From: Nitrososphaerota archaeon
Lineage (GTDB): Archaea > Thermoproteota > Nitrososphaeria > Nitrososphaerales > UBA57
Direction: 5' to 3'
Length of the DNA stretch: 64,000 nucleotides
Assembly (NCBI GenBank): GCA_002713205.1
Contig: PAVW01000006.1
Coordinates: 4,779-68,778, forward strand
Part shown: one piece after another, positions 1 to 7,565 of the stretch
Numbering within the stretch: the stretch's first letter is position 1
How the letters are laid out: every line of letters starts with the position of its first letter
Translations under genes and position numbers: made by a program
Notes under the pieces: model-generated
What the model was told of the DNA's origin: nothing
Databases searched by the model: none
The model's input: only the letters and a program-made list of their open reading frames with translations

Positions 1-1
1 A

Positions 2-676
2 AAATATCTCGGAGGAGCAGCAATAGGACTTGGTATTGGAGGGATAGGTTTACTAAATTCAAATAACAACTTGACAGAAGTAAAGACAAGAAATACAGAG
101 CTAGAAGAAAGCATTACTGGACTAAATGATAAATTAGATTTACTAAATTCATGGGCATTATACGGTGGAGGAAGCAATATAAAAAAAATGCCAAATATAA
201 TTGATAAAAAACCAACAATACGAATGGATGAAAATTTTTATTTCGATCATGGAACAGCAATCTGTAGAGTAGATAACAATCCTGAAGCATTTATAATGCC
301 AACATATAAAATGGGAGAAGTTAAAATTGAGAAAAATACATTTTTTATGTTAATGTCTACAAAGAGCTTACATGTTAAATCAATTGAAGAATCTGAAAAT
401 TCAACTTGTATTTTAGAAGGTTCAAGTGGAGATTGTTTTACTGAGGCATCTGCAAGAGGGCAAGTTTTTGGTTCAAGAATAAAACCAGAACCATTTTTAC
501 CAGAGGTTGTTGCAGTAGACGAAAAATCATTTGCTTTTACGGCATATTTTGATGAGGGTGAAGCTCCTGTAAACTATGCAATATTTGGTCCGAAATTTAC
601 TTTTACTGGAGAACTAACTACAGGTTCAGTAACAGTAAAAAGATTAAATCAATTAGCAAAATCTTTACCGAAATAA
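2..676 (+). CDS. Hypothetical membrane-anchored protein, 5' partial
   Basis: The ORF track gives 71..676 with a TTG start. The same frame is open from base 2 and encodes a hydrophobic Gly/Ala/Ile segment (GGAAIGLGIGGIGLL) just upstream, so the gene probably starts outside the window. No family recognised. An 11-nt gap to the next gene suggests co-transcription. Confidence 0.4.
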   Translation, partial: KYLGGAAIGLGIGGIGLLNSNNNLTEVKTRNTELEESITGLNDKLDLLNSWALYGGGSNIKKMPNIIDKKPTIRMDENFYFDHGTAICRVDNNPEAFIMPTYKMGEVKIEKNTFFMLMSTKSLHVKSIEESENSTCILEGSSGDCFTEASARGQVFGSRIKPEPFLPEVVAVDEKSFAFTAYFDEGEAPVNYAIFGPKFTFTGELTTGSVTVKRLNQLAKSLPK

Positions 677-687
677 AATATTCATAA

Positions 688-2412
688 ATGAAATTAATTT
701 TTATTTTATTATTTATATTAATAATAAATCCAGTATTTGCACAAAATATATTACTAATTACTACTGTAAATGATTATTATAGCTTTGATGGAACAGGTAA
801 TAATATAGAACAACCAACAAAAGGTTCAGCAAATCTAACCTTATTGAGAATAGTCACTCCAGCGTACAATGATGGAATAGCTTCATTATCAAATGAAAAT
901 TCTCCTAATCCAAGATTGGTAAGTAATTTTGTTTGTGAGCAACAACCAGAATTGGATATAATTGATGAAAGGAATTTATCAGATATGAACTGGGTTTTTG
1001 CACAATTCATATCTCATGATATAGATTTTACACCTACTGCAATATTTGATCCATCACTACGAAACCTAGATAGAATTCAAATATTAGCCCCTCGTAATGA
1101 CCAATTTTATGAAATGAATAGAACAATGATGTCGGTTTTTCGGAGTCTGTATGATGTAAATACAGGAACTTCTAAGAATAATCCACGTGAACAAATAAAC
1201 ACAATAACTGCATGGTTAGATGGAAGTGTAATATATGGTTCTTCAGAATCACGCGCAAACAAATTGAGAACATTTGAAGGTGGAGAATTAAAAGTAAGTC
1301 AGCATAATTCTGGAGATTTATTGCCATTAGCCCCAGTAGGGTCATTAGAGGAAAAGCAAGTAAGAGGACAAGCGTTCTTTGCAGGAGAAATTAGATCGAA
1401 TGAACATATTGCAATAACGGCTTTACATACATTATTTCTTAGAGAACATAACAGAATTGCAAAAGAAATCCATAGTGCGGAACCAGGCTTGACAGATGAA
1501 GAGATATTTCAAAAAGCAAGAAAAATCAATACGGCAATAATTCAATCTATAACATATAACGAGTTTTTACCATCATTAGGAATAGAATTAGATGAGTACA
1601 AAGGTTATAATAAATCGACAAATCCTCAGATATCTCATATTTTTTCAGTAGTAGCATTTCGAATTGGGCATAGTCAAGTAGGCGAGAGAGTAATATTAGT
1701 AAATTCAACACAAGATGTACAATCCATTCCAATGAAAGAAACTTTCTTTAATCCAGTAATAATTCACAGACAAGGAATTGATTCAATACTACGAGGGCTT
1801 TTTATGACAAAACAACAAGCAAATGATATTTATTATCATAATAGTATCAGAAATTTCTTATTTGATGAACCAGAAAGAGGAGGATTAGATCTTTGTGTAT
1901 TAGACATAGTAAGAGGTAGAGATCATGGAATACCTAATTATAATTCTGTAAGAAAGGAAATTGGATTAAACCGAGTAGAAGGATTCAATGATATAAATAA
2001 GGACGAAGAGGTCAGAATGAGATTGAAAGCTGCATATGGGGATATTGATGAACTTGATGCAATAATCGGCATATTAGCAGAAGAACATTTAGAAGGATCT
2101 ACTCTTGGACAAACAGGATATTTAATTATAAAAGATCAGTTTGAACGAATAAGAGATGGAGATCGTTTGTTTTATTTAAATGACCCAGATTTAAGAATGG
2201 TCAAGGAAGAAATTTCAAATACATCATTAGCAGATGTCATAGAAAGAAATACAGAAATTAAGAATGTACCAGATAATGTTTTTTTTGTATATGATATAGA
2301 ATCAGAAGACAATAATTCAATCTTAAAACAACAAACAATATGGATATATTTTTTGATATTTTTTACCGTTATTTTTGCTATTTATTTACGATATAAAAAC
2401 CACATCAGATAG
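688..2412 (+). CDS. Animal-type haem peroxidase family protein with N-terminal signal-like segment and C-terminal TM anchor
   Basis: 574 aa. Three motifs match the PF03098 family: WVFAQFISHDIDFT (distal His region), RSNEHIAITALHTLFLREHNRIA (proximal His region) and LDLCVLDIVRGRDHGIPNYN. Hydrophobic N-terminus is MKLIFILLFILIINPVFA; C-terminal helix is IWIYFLIFFTVIFAIYL followed by a basic tail. Confidence 0.8.
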   Translation: MKLIFILLFILIINPVFAQNILLITTVNDYYSFDGTGNNIEQPTKGSANLTLLRIVTPAYNDGIASLSNENSPNPRLVSNFVCEQQPELDIIDERNLSDMNWVFAQFISHDIDFTPTAIFDPSLRNLDRIQILAPRNDQFYEMNRTMMSVFRSLYDVNTGTSKNNPREQINTITAWLDGSVIYGSSESRANKLRTFEGGELKVSQHNSGDLLPLAPVGSLEEKQVRGQAFFAGEIRSNEHIAITALHTLFLREHNRIAKEIHSAEPGLTDEEIFQKARKINTAIIQSITYNEFLPSLGIELDEYKGYNKSTNPQISHIFSVVAFRIGHSQVGERVILVNSTQDVQSIPMKETFFNPVIIHRQGIDSILRGLFMTKQQANDIYYHNSIRNFLFDEPERGGLDLCVLDIVRGRDHGIPNYNSVRKEIGLNRVEGFNDINKDEEVRMRLKAAYGDIDELDAIIGILAEEHLEGSTLGQTGYLIIKDQFERIRDGDRLFYLNDPDLRMVKEEISNTSLADVIERNTEIKNVPDNVFFVYDIESEDNNSILKQQTIWIYFLIFFTVIFAIYLRYKNHIR

Positions 2413-2457
2413 AGAAAAGAACAAGTCATCTATATATTATTAAGATAATCAATATAA

Positions 2458-2769
2458 TGGCAATAGGTAGGGTTGGGGGGATAGCCGTCCCCCGTGCTGA
2501 AACCGGCTATATGCAGCACCAGTAACCAAGGGCTAAAATATGATAAATAAGAACCTGCCCTCTTGCTTGAATGAAATCACGCCGCGATTGGTGGTCACAA
2601 GAGATAGTCAACTCGAAGGAGATGATGATTCTTCAACTACTGAAACCGGACAGGTCCGGGAGGGAGCATCCGTATAGTGGGGTGGCTGCGCTTTCACGTC
2701 TACGTGAATGACTTTGTGAGTTGGGAAAAGGGCTTATTTACAATATGAATCCCTTTGGGGCTGTTGCCA
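2458..2769 (+). ncRNA. Signal recognition particle RNA (7S/SRP RNA)
   Basis: GC-rich island in an AT-rich, non-coding gap. It contains caggtccgggagggagca, matching the conserved SRP helix-8 motif (E. coli 4.5S CAGGUCCGGAAGGAAGCA). The termini pair (tggcaa 2458-2463 with ttgcca 2764-2769), giving about 312 nt, typical of archaeal SRP RNA. Exact ends are approximate. Confidence 0.75.
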
Positions 2770-2803
2770 ATATTCTTAAAGCAGTAACATGTATTAAAAA
2801 ATA

Positions 2804-3415
2804 ATGTTAAGAATAGGAAGTTTAGCAGGGATAGCAAGTCCAATAATTGGCATTCTAATGGTTTTATTATCGATTTATTTTTCTCCATGGTTTAGTTGGC
2901 AAGAAAATGCATTAAGTGATCTTGGAGTAGAGCAATCTGGCGGTACACAAATTGCAATCTATCTATTCAATATAGGTATGATTATTGCAGGTTCTCTAAT
3001 AGCATTATTTGTAGTTTTAACAAGGTCTATTTTAGCAAGCAATAGAAGAAATAAAATAGCTTACGCAATTTTATTTATTGGAGGTATCAATCTTGCATTA
3101 GTAGGAATATTTACAGAGAATTTTCCAATGGTACATAGAACAGTTGCGCTGATGTACTTTGTTACAACTCCAATAAGTTTGATGATTATTGGTTCAGGTA
3201 AAATAGCAAGTGACAGAACTTTCGGATTATTTAGCATTGGTGCAGGTGCAGTAGCATTAGTAGTAATCTTAGGATTAGTATTTTCAACATTGGGAATACC
3301 AATAGGTGAAATTTATCCAGAAGGAGCAGCAATTCCAGAATTTATAGAAGCTGTTATCTTAGGCATGTGGATAGGAATAGCAGGAATAAGAATATTTAAA
3401 ACAGGAAAGATATAA
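2804..3415 (+). CDS. Polytopic membrane protein (about 6 TM), possibly DUF998-like
   Basis: 203 aa, almost entirely hydrophobic helices. The family assignment comes only from overall architecture and an ALSDLG-type segment. Confidence 0.55.
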   Translation: MLRIGSLAGIASPIIGILMVLLSIYFSPWFSWQENALSDLGVEQSGGTQIAIYLFNIGMIIAGSLIALFVVLTRSILASNRRNKIAYAILFIGGINLALVGIFTENFPMVHRTVALMYFVTTPISLMIIGSGKIASDRTFGLFSIGAGAVALVVILGLVFSTLGIPIGEIYPEGAAIPEFIEAVILGMWIGIAGIRIFKTGKI

Positions 3416-3467
3416 TATTTTATATATTTTTTTAAATGTTAATAATGTCAACAACTATGTTTCTTTT

Positions 3468-3561
3468 GCCGTGATCGCCTAGCCTGGTAGGGCGCAGGAT
3501 TGCTATTCGGCAAAGATCCTGTCTCCGCAAGGAATCGTGGGTTCAAATCCCACTCACGGCG
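3468..3561 (+). tRNA. tRNA-Ser (anticodon GCU) with a probable ~10-nt intron 3' of position 37
   Basis: Manual fold: acceptor GCCGTGA/TCACGGC, discriminator G, 3-bp D stem GCC/GGC, anticodon stem CAGGA/TCCTG. The stem encloses TTGCTA[TTCGGCAAAG]A, and the intron GCAA pairs with TTGC. Long variable arm (TCTCCGCAAGGAATC) and T arm GTGGG-TTCAAAT-CCCAC. Confidence 0.7.
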
Positions 3562-3612
3562 TACATCTATCAACGTAATTTTTATGTTACACAGATAATA
3601 TCATATATAGAT

Positions 3613-3918
3613 ATGGAATACGGAATAATAACATCAATTTTAATTGTAATTGGATATGGATTACTGGGAGGCATAGTAGCAGGATATACATTCAAACGTA
3701 TTGCAAAACTACTTGTAATATTGATTGCATTGATATTAGTTGCAGTAAATTATTTTGGATATACAGAACTTTTGGGTATAAATTATAAATTTTTAACTAA
3801 TTTCGTAATAGAACAAACAGAACTATTAGGTTCTTCTTTATTGACAGCTGCTTTAGTAAATATTCCATTTGCAATTGGTTTTTTACTAGGTTTTATAATA
3901 GGAATAAGAAAATTTTAA
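3613..3918 (+). CDS. FUN14-family small membrane protein
   Basis: 101 aa. The pattern YGLLGGIVAGYTFKRIAKLLVILIALILVAVNYFGY followed by a C-terminal Gly-rich helix resembles FUN14 domain proteins. Confidence 0.55.
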   Translation: MEYGIITSILIVIGYGLLGGIVAGYTFKRIAKLLVILIALILVAVNYFGYTELLGINYKFLTNFVIEQTELLGSSLLTAALVNIPFAIGFLLGFIIGIRKF

Positions 3919-3923
3919 CAGCC

Positions 3924-4229
3924 TTACTTTTTTGTAGCGTCTAAACTAACAACAGGGTTTTCTCCAATAACTTCAGCAGTATGAACAGTATTAGCAGGAA
4001 CCAATAACATATCACCAGGACCTAAAATGAATTTCTTGCCCATAGCAGTCATTCTAAATTGACCAGATATCACAGTATCTATTTTATCGATAGAATGCGA
4101 ATGTTCAGGAAAATATGTCCCAGGTAAATAAGTATAAACAACAACCAAAAAGCCTTCATTCTCCAATTTTTTTTTCATGTTTTGTTCATTAAGAACGCCC
4201 CAATTTTCATTCCAATGCTCTACTTCCAT
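3924..4229 (-). CDS. Cupin-domain protein
   Basis: 101 aa with cupin motifs PEHSHSIDKIDTVISG and PGDMLLVPANTVHTAEV. Confidence 0.7.
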   Translation of the reverse strand: MEVEHWNENWGVLNEQNMKKKLENEGFLVVVYTYLPGTYFPEHSHSIDKIDTVISGQFRMTAMGKKFILGPGDMLLVPANTVHTAEVIGENPVVSLDATKK

Positions 4230-4264
4230 AATTAACTAAAGAATGAAATCATTAAAAAATTGTA

Positions 4265-4990
4265 CTATACATATTTCATATTATTTGCAAATATCATATC
4301 TATAACTTCGCATACACCTAGACCATTATCTTTTGTACAAATAAAATCAGCATGTTGTTTTAATTTATCTGTAGCATTGCGAACTGCAACAGAAAAACCA
4401 ACCAATTCAAAAACGGATAAATCATTGAGAGAGTCACCAATTGCTACTACTGAATCAGGATTAATTTTCTCATCGTTTAAAAATTTTCTCAGTGTGGATC
4501 CTTTATTAATTCCTGGAGGCATAATATTTATCATTTCATCAGACCGAGTTATATTCAAATTAAGATTTTTTTCTATTAATATAGACCTAACTTCTTCAAC
4601 AAAATCATCGAGATTACCTCTTGGATTTCTATCCAAAGCAAGAATAATTTGTTTATCATGATGAGCCTCTTTCGGTATACGACATATTGGTAGCCATTCG
4701 GATAAATTTTGTTTTAGAATATTAATATCAGATAAATCACCAAATACTTGTTTGGTATGTGTTTGACAATCATACAAAATAGCACCTTCTTCACAAATAA
4801 TAACATCTTTTATTCCCAAACTTCGAGTGATACCTAAAACATAATGTAATGTACGACCAGTAGATATTATTATTCGGACACCAGTTTGGGAGAGTTTTCG
4901 AATATTACGAATTTCTTCAATCGATAAATATCCATTGTCAAAAACAGTTCCATCTAAATCCAATACAAGGATCTTGACATATTGTTGCAC
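4265..4990 (-). CDS. HAD-superfamily hydrolase, Cof/IIB type (sugar-phosphatase-like)
   Basis: 241 aa. Motif I is LVLDLDGTV, motif II is ISTGR, motif IV is GDSLND. A cap region lies between motifs II and III. Confidence 0.8.
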   Translation of the reverse strand: MQQYVKILVLDLDGTVFDNGYLSIEEIRNIRKLSQTGVRIIISTGRTLHYVLGITRSLGIKDVIICEEGAILYDCQTHTKQVFGDLSDINILKQNLSEWLPICRIPKEAHHDKQIILALDRNPRGNLDDFVEEVRSILIEKNLNLNITRSDEMINIMPPGINKGSTLRKFLNDEKINPDSVVAIGDSLNDLSVFELVGFSVAVRNATDKLKQHADFICTKDNGLGVCEVIDMIFANNMKYV

Positions 4991-5034
4991 AGATTAATTA
5001 ATTGAGTTTATTATATAAAACTGGTCGAATTAGA

Positions 5035-5122
5035 TGCCGAGGGCCGGATTTGAACCGGCGACAGCTCGGTCTTCAGCCGAGTGTTAGAGTAAATTATCTC
5101 TCCCAGGCTGAGCTACCTCGGC
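5035..5122 (-). tRNA. tRNA-Phe (GAA) with ~14-nt non-canonical intron in the D arm
   Basis: Reverse complement reads GCCGAGG-TA-GCTC-AGCCTGGGA-GAG[ATAATTTACTCTAA]C-A-CTCGG-CTGAAGA-CCGAG-CTGTC-GCCGG-TTCAAAT-CCGGC-CCTCGGC-A. Without the insert it is a canonical archaeal tRNA-Phe. Confidence 0.8.
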
Positions 5123-5197
5123 ATTATCAATTTGTTAATTTTCTTCAAACCGGATAATTCCAATTAAGTATTCTTAGTAATATAAAATTTTTGTAGA

Positions 5198-5290
5198 TGC
5201 GGTCGACGGGATTTGAACCCATGTTACAGGCTTGGAGGGCCTATGTCCTAGACCAGATAGTCCCCTAATGAAGGACTGGACGACGACCGC
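5198..5290 (-). tRNA. tRNA-Gly (UCC) with ~18-nt non-canonical intron in the D loop
   Basis: Reverse complement reads GCGGTCG-TC-GTCC-AGTC[CTTCATTAGGGGACTATC]TGGTCTA-GGAC-A-TAGGC-CCTCCAA-GCCTG-TAAC-ATGGG-TTCAAAT-CCCGT-CGACCGC-A. The anticodon loop has C rather than U at position 33, which is unusual. Confidence 0.7.
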
Positions 5291-5325
5291 ATTAATTAAA
5301 TTGAGTCAACCATAGCTAAAAAATA

Positions 5326-6015
5326 TTATCCGTAATCAGATAGAATTATTTTTTCAAGTTCATAGACGATCCGAGAGCATACAAGGTGAGATTCTAATTT
5401 CCGTCGACTAATAGAATAAATATAATCAGAATTTGCTTCAATATCTTTAGAAAAACTACCATGTGAAAAACCACCAATTACTATAACTGGCCGTAAATAG
5501 TCAGATAATTGCGCAATAATGTTGGGTATATTTTCAAATCTACCTTTCCGTGTGAGAGCCATAGTAAGATCGGGATTTATATCTTTAAGAAGTTCTTGAA
5601 AAGAACAAGCGCGTAATGATAATAAAGTCGAATCGTCTTTAATTATTGTTTTAATAGAAAAGAGTTGTTCCATTAGAGAACTAAATCGTGAATATGATTT
5701 TGGCAATCGTACGCCAAAATTTATATCAATAACAGAATTTGTAACTGTATGGACATAAACCTTCAATTTTTTTTCCAAATACAATGGTGAAGATGTAAGC
5801 GAAATTAAACTCAAGTGAACAATATCAGGTCTTCCACGTTTTTCATTATCTGGTAAAAGTTTCATGCAAGGACTATGAAAACTTTTATCTAGAAGTATAT
5901 TATCAGAATGTTTTTTATACAAAGTTCTATATTTACGAATAACAGGATGATTAGAAAGTTCTTTAGGAACAGGTTCAAGAGCTGAATCAGCTAGAATAAT
6001 AGATAATCCTTCCAA
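5326..6015 (-). CDS. nep1: Ribosomal RNA small-subunit pseudouridine methyltransferase Nep1 (EMG1 family)
   Basis: 229 aa. N-terminus LSIILADSALEPVPKEL and the RPDIVH segment are typical of Nep1. It sits in the conserved archaeal neighbourhood next to Rpp21 and eS19. Confidence 0.75.
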   Translation of the reverse strand: MEGLSIILADSALEPVPKELSNHPVIRKYRTLYKKHSDNILLDKSFHSPCMKLLPDNEKRGRPDIVHLSLISLTSSPLYLEKKLKVYVHTVTNSVIDINFGVRLPKSYSRFSSLMEQLFSIKTIIKDDSTLLSLRACSFQELLKDINPDLTMALTRKGRFENIPNIIAQLSDYLRPVIVIGGFSHGSFSKDIEANSDYIYSISRRKLESHLVCSRIVYELEKIILSDYG

Positions 6016-6062
6016 ATTAAATAGTAAAAATTTTTATTTGTTAAATACATTACTAAGATTTT

Positions 6063-6377
6063 ATGAATGTAAAAATTAAAAAAAGAATCATAGCAAAAAA
6101 AAGAGCAGAAGAGCTCTTAGAATATGCAATATATAATTCTAAAAATAATGTGCCTCTTTCTATTGTTCAAGCAAATATTATAAAGAACCTATGTACAAAA
6201 TTCAACGTAAGATTAGATTTTTCAAATAGAATGTTATTCTGTCATAAATGTAAAAGATTCATAGTACCTGGTTTTAATTCTCGGATTCGACTTTCTAAAA
6301 TAAGAAAGTCAATCAATATTACGTGTTTATTTTGTGGATACAGTTATAGGAAAATGATAGTCAACAGTCAAACCTAA
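6063..6377 (+). CDS. rnp4: RNase P protein component 4 (Rpp21/Rpr2)
   Basis: 104 aa, basic, with a helical N-terminus and a Zn ribbon CHKCKRF...CLFCGY. Confidence 0.7.
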   Translation: MNVKIKKRIIAKKRAEELLEYAIYNSKNNVPLSIVQANIIKNLCTKFNVRLDFSNRMLFCHKCKRFIVPGFNSRIRLSKIRKSINITCLFCGYSYRKMIVNSQT

Positions 6378-6394
6378 ATATGATATAAATTATT

Positions 6395-6862
6395 TTGAAA
6401 GTGCATTTGACAAACGTAAACGAGGTTCCGCCAGAATTATTAATTGTGAATTTAGCAGAAAAATTAAAAGAAGAAGACTCTATTCAAGCACCTGAATGGT
6501 CATTTTATGTTAAAATGGGATCGCATTCTCATAGACCACCGCAAAATAAAGAATGGTGGTATGAACGTTGTGCGTCATTATTACGAAAGATATACATTCA
6601 TGGTCCAGTAGGCCTTTCAGACCTTGAAAGAATGTATGGAGGTAAAAAGCGTGTGAAATTTGCCAAACCACACCAAAGAAACGCAGGTCAATCAGCAATA
6701 AGAAAACCACTGCACCAACTTGAAAGTGCAGGTTATGTGGAAAAAAAAGCAACAAAAGGAAGAACCATTACAGGAAAAGGAATGAGTCTAATTGATAAAA
6801 CAAGCGATATAATTTTAAAAGACATAGCAAAAACTGACAATAGACTATCTAAATATATTTAA
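6395..6862 (+). CDS. rps19e: 30S ribosomal protein eS19 (S19e)
   Basis: 155 aa with segments PEWSFYVKMGSHSHRPPQNKEWWYERCASLLRK and LESAGYVEK characteristic of S19e. TTG start. Confidence 0.85.
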   Translation: MKVHLTNVNEVPPELLIVNLAEKLKEEDSIQAPEWSFYVKMGSHSHRPPQNKEWWYERCASLLRKIYIHGPVGLSDLERMYGGKKRVKFAKPHQRNAGQSAIRKPLHQLESAGYVEKKATKGRTITGKGMSLIDKTSDIILKDIAKTDNRLSKYI

Positions 6863-6929
6863 ACGAATAGAAAGGAATTTCTAAACATTAATAAAAAAAA
6901 TTTAATAGAGATATAGAAGTGATGATTTA

Positions 6930-7559
6930 TTGTTAGCGATATTTGATACTGAAGGCGTATTAATAGATGGTGAATTTTTACCAGAATTGGCAAAAATCAC
7001 TGGAAAAGAAAGAGAAATTCTAGATATTACAAATAAAGGAATAAATGGAGAAATAAAATGGGAAGAAGGTCTACTAGAACGAGTAAATAAGCTATTAGGA
7101 ATATCTTATGAAGAATGCATAAAAACAGCTGACCAATTACCCATCATGAATGGTGCGAAAGAAACCTTCAACGCACTCCGAAAATTAGGATTTACAACAT
7201 TAACAGTATCAGGAGGTCCAGATATACTAGTAAATAGAGTTAAAAGTGAATTAAAAATTGATTATGCAATTTCAAATCAATTGATTTTTGTTGATGGAAA
7301 ATTAAATGGAATTAAATTAAAAGTAGGTTCTAATAAAGTAAATGCAATCAAATCAATATTAAATGAGATAAATGAAAAAAAGGATAGCACAGTAGCAACA
7401 GTAGATGGAGCAAACGATATTGCATTATTTGAAATAGCAGGATTAAAGATATCTTTCAATGGGATAAAAATGATAAATGAAAAATCAGATTCGATTGTTT
7501 TAGAAAAGGATCTAAGAAAGATAATTCCAATAATTAAAGAGAAATTCGAATTAGTATAG
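6930..7559 (+). CDS. HAD-superfamily phosphatase, phosphoserine-phosphatase (SerB)-like
   Basis: 209 aa. Motif I variant FDTEGVL (D-x-E), motif II TVSGG, conserved Lys region, motif IV VDGANDI. Specificity cannot be determined. Confidence 0.6.
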   Translation: MLAIFDTEGVLIDGEFLPELAKITGKEREILDITNKGINGEIKWEEGLLERVNKLLGISYEECIKTADQLPIMNGAKETFNALRKLGFTTLTVSGGPDILVNRVKSELKIDYAISNQLIFVDGKLNGIKLKVGSNKVNAIKSILNEINEKKDSTVATVDGANDIALFEIAGLKISFNGIKMINEKSDSIVLEKDLRKIIPIIKEKFELV

Positions 7560-7565
7560 ACAATC

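Noticed and set aside
2700-2888. 62-aa minus-strand ORF
   Set aside because: It overlaps the 3' part of the SRP RNA and the start of the downstream membrane-protein gene, so it is a likely artefact.
4260-4661. 133-aa plus-strand ORF overlapping the HAD hydrolase gene
   Set aside because: It is entirely antisense to a gene with clear HAD motifs and has no recognisable motif of its own.
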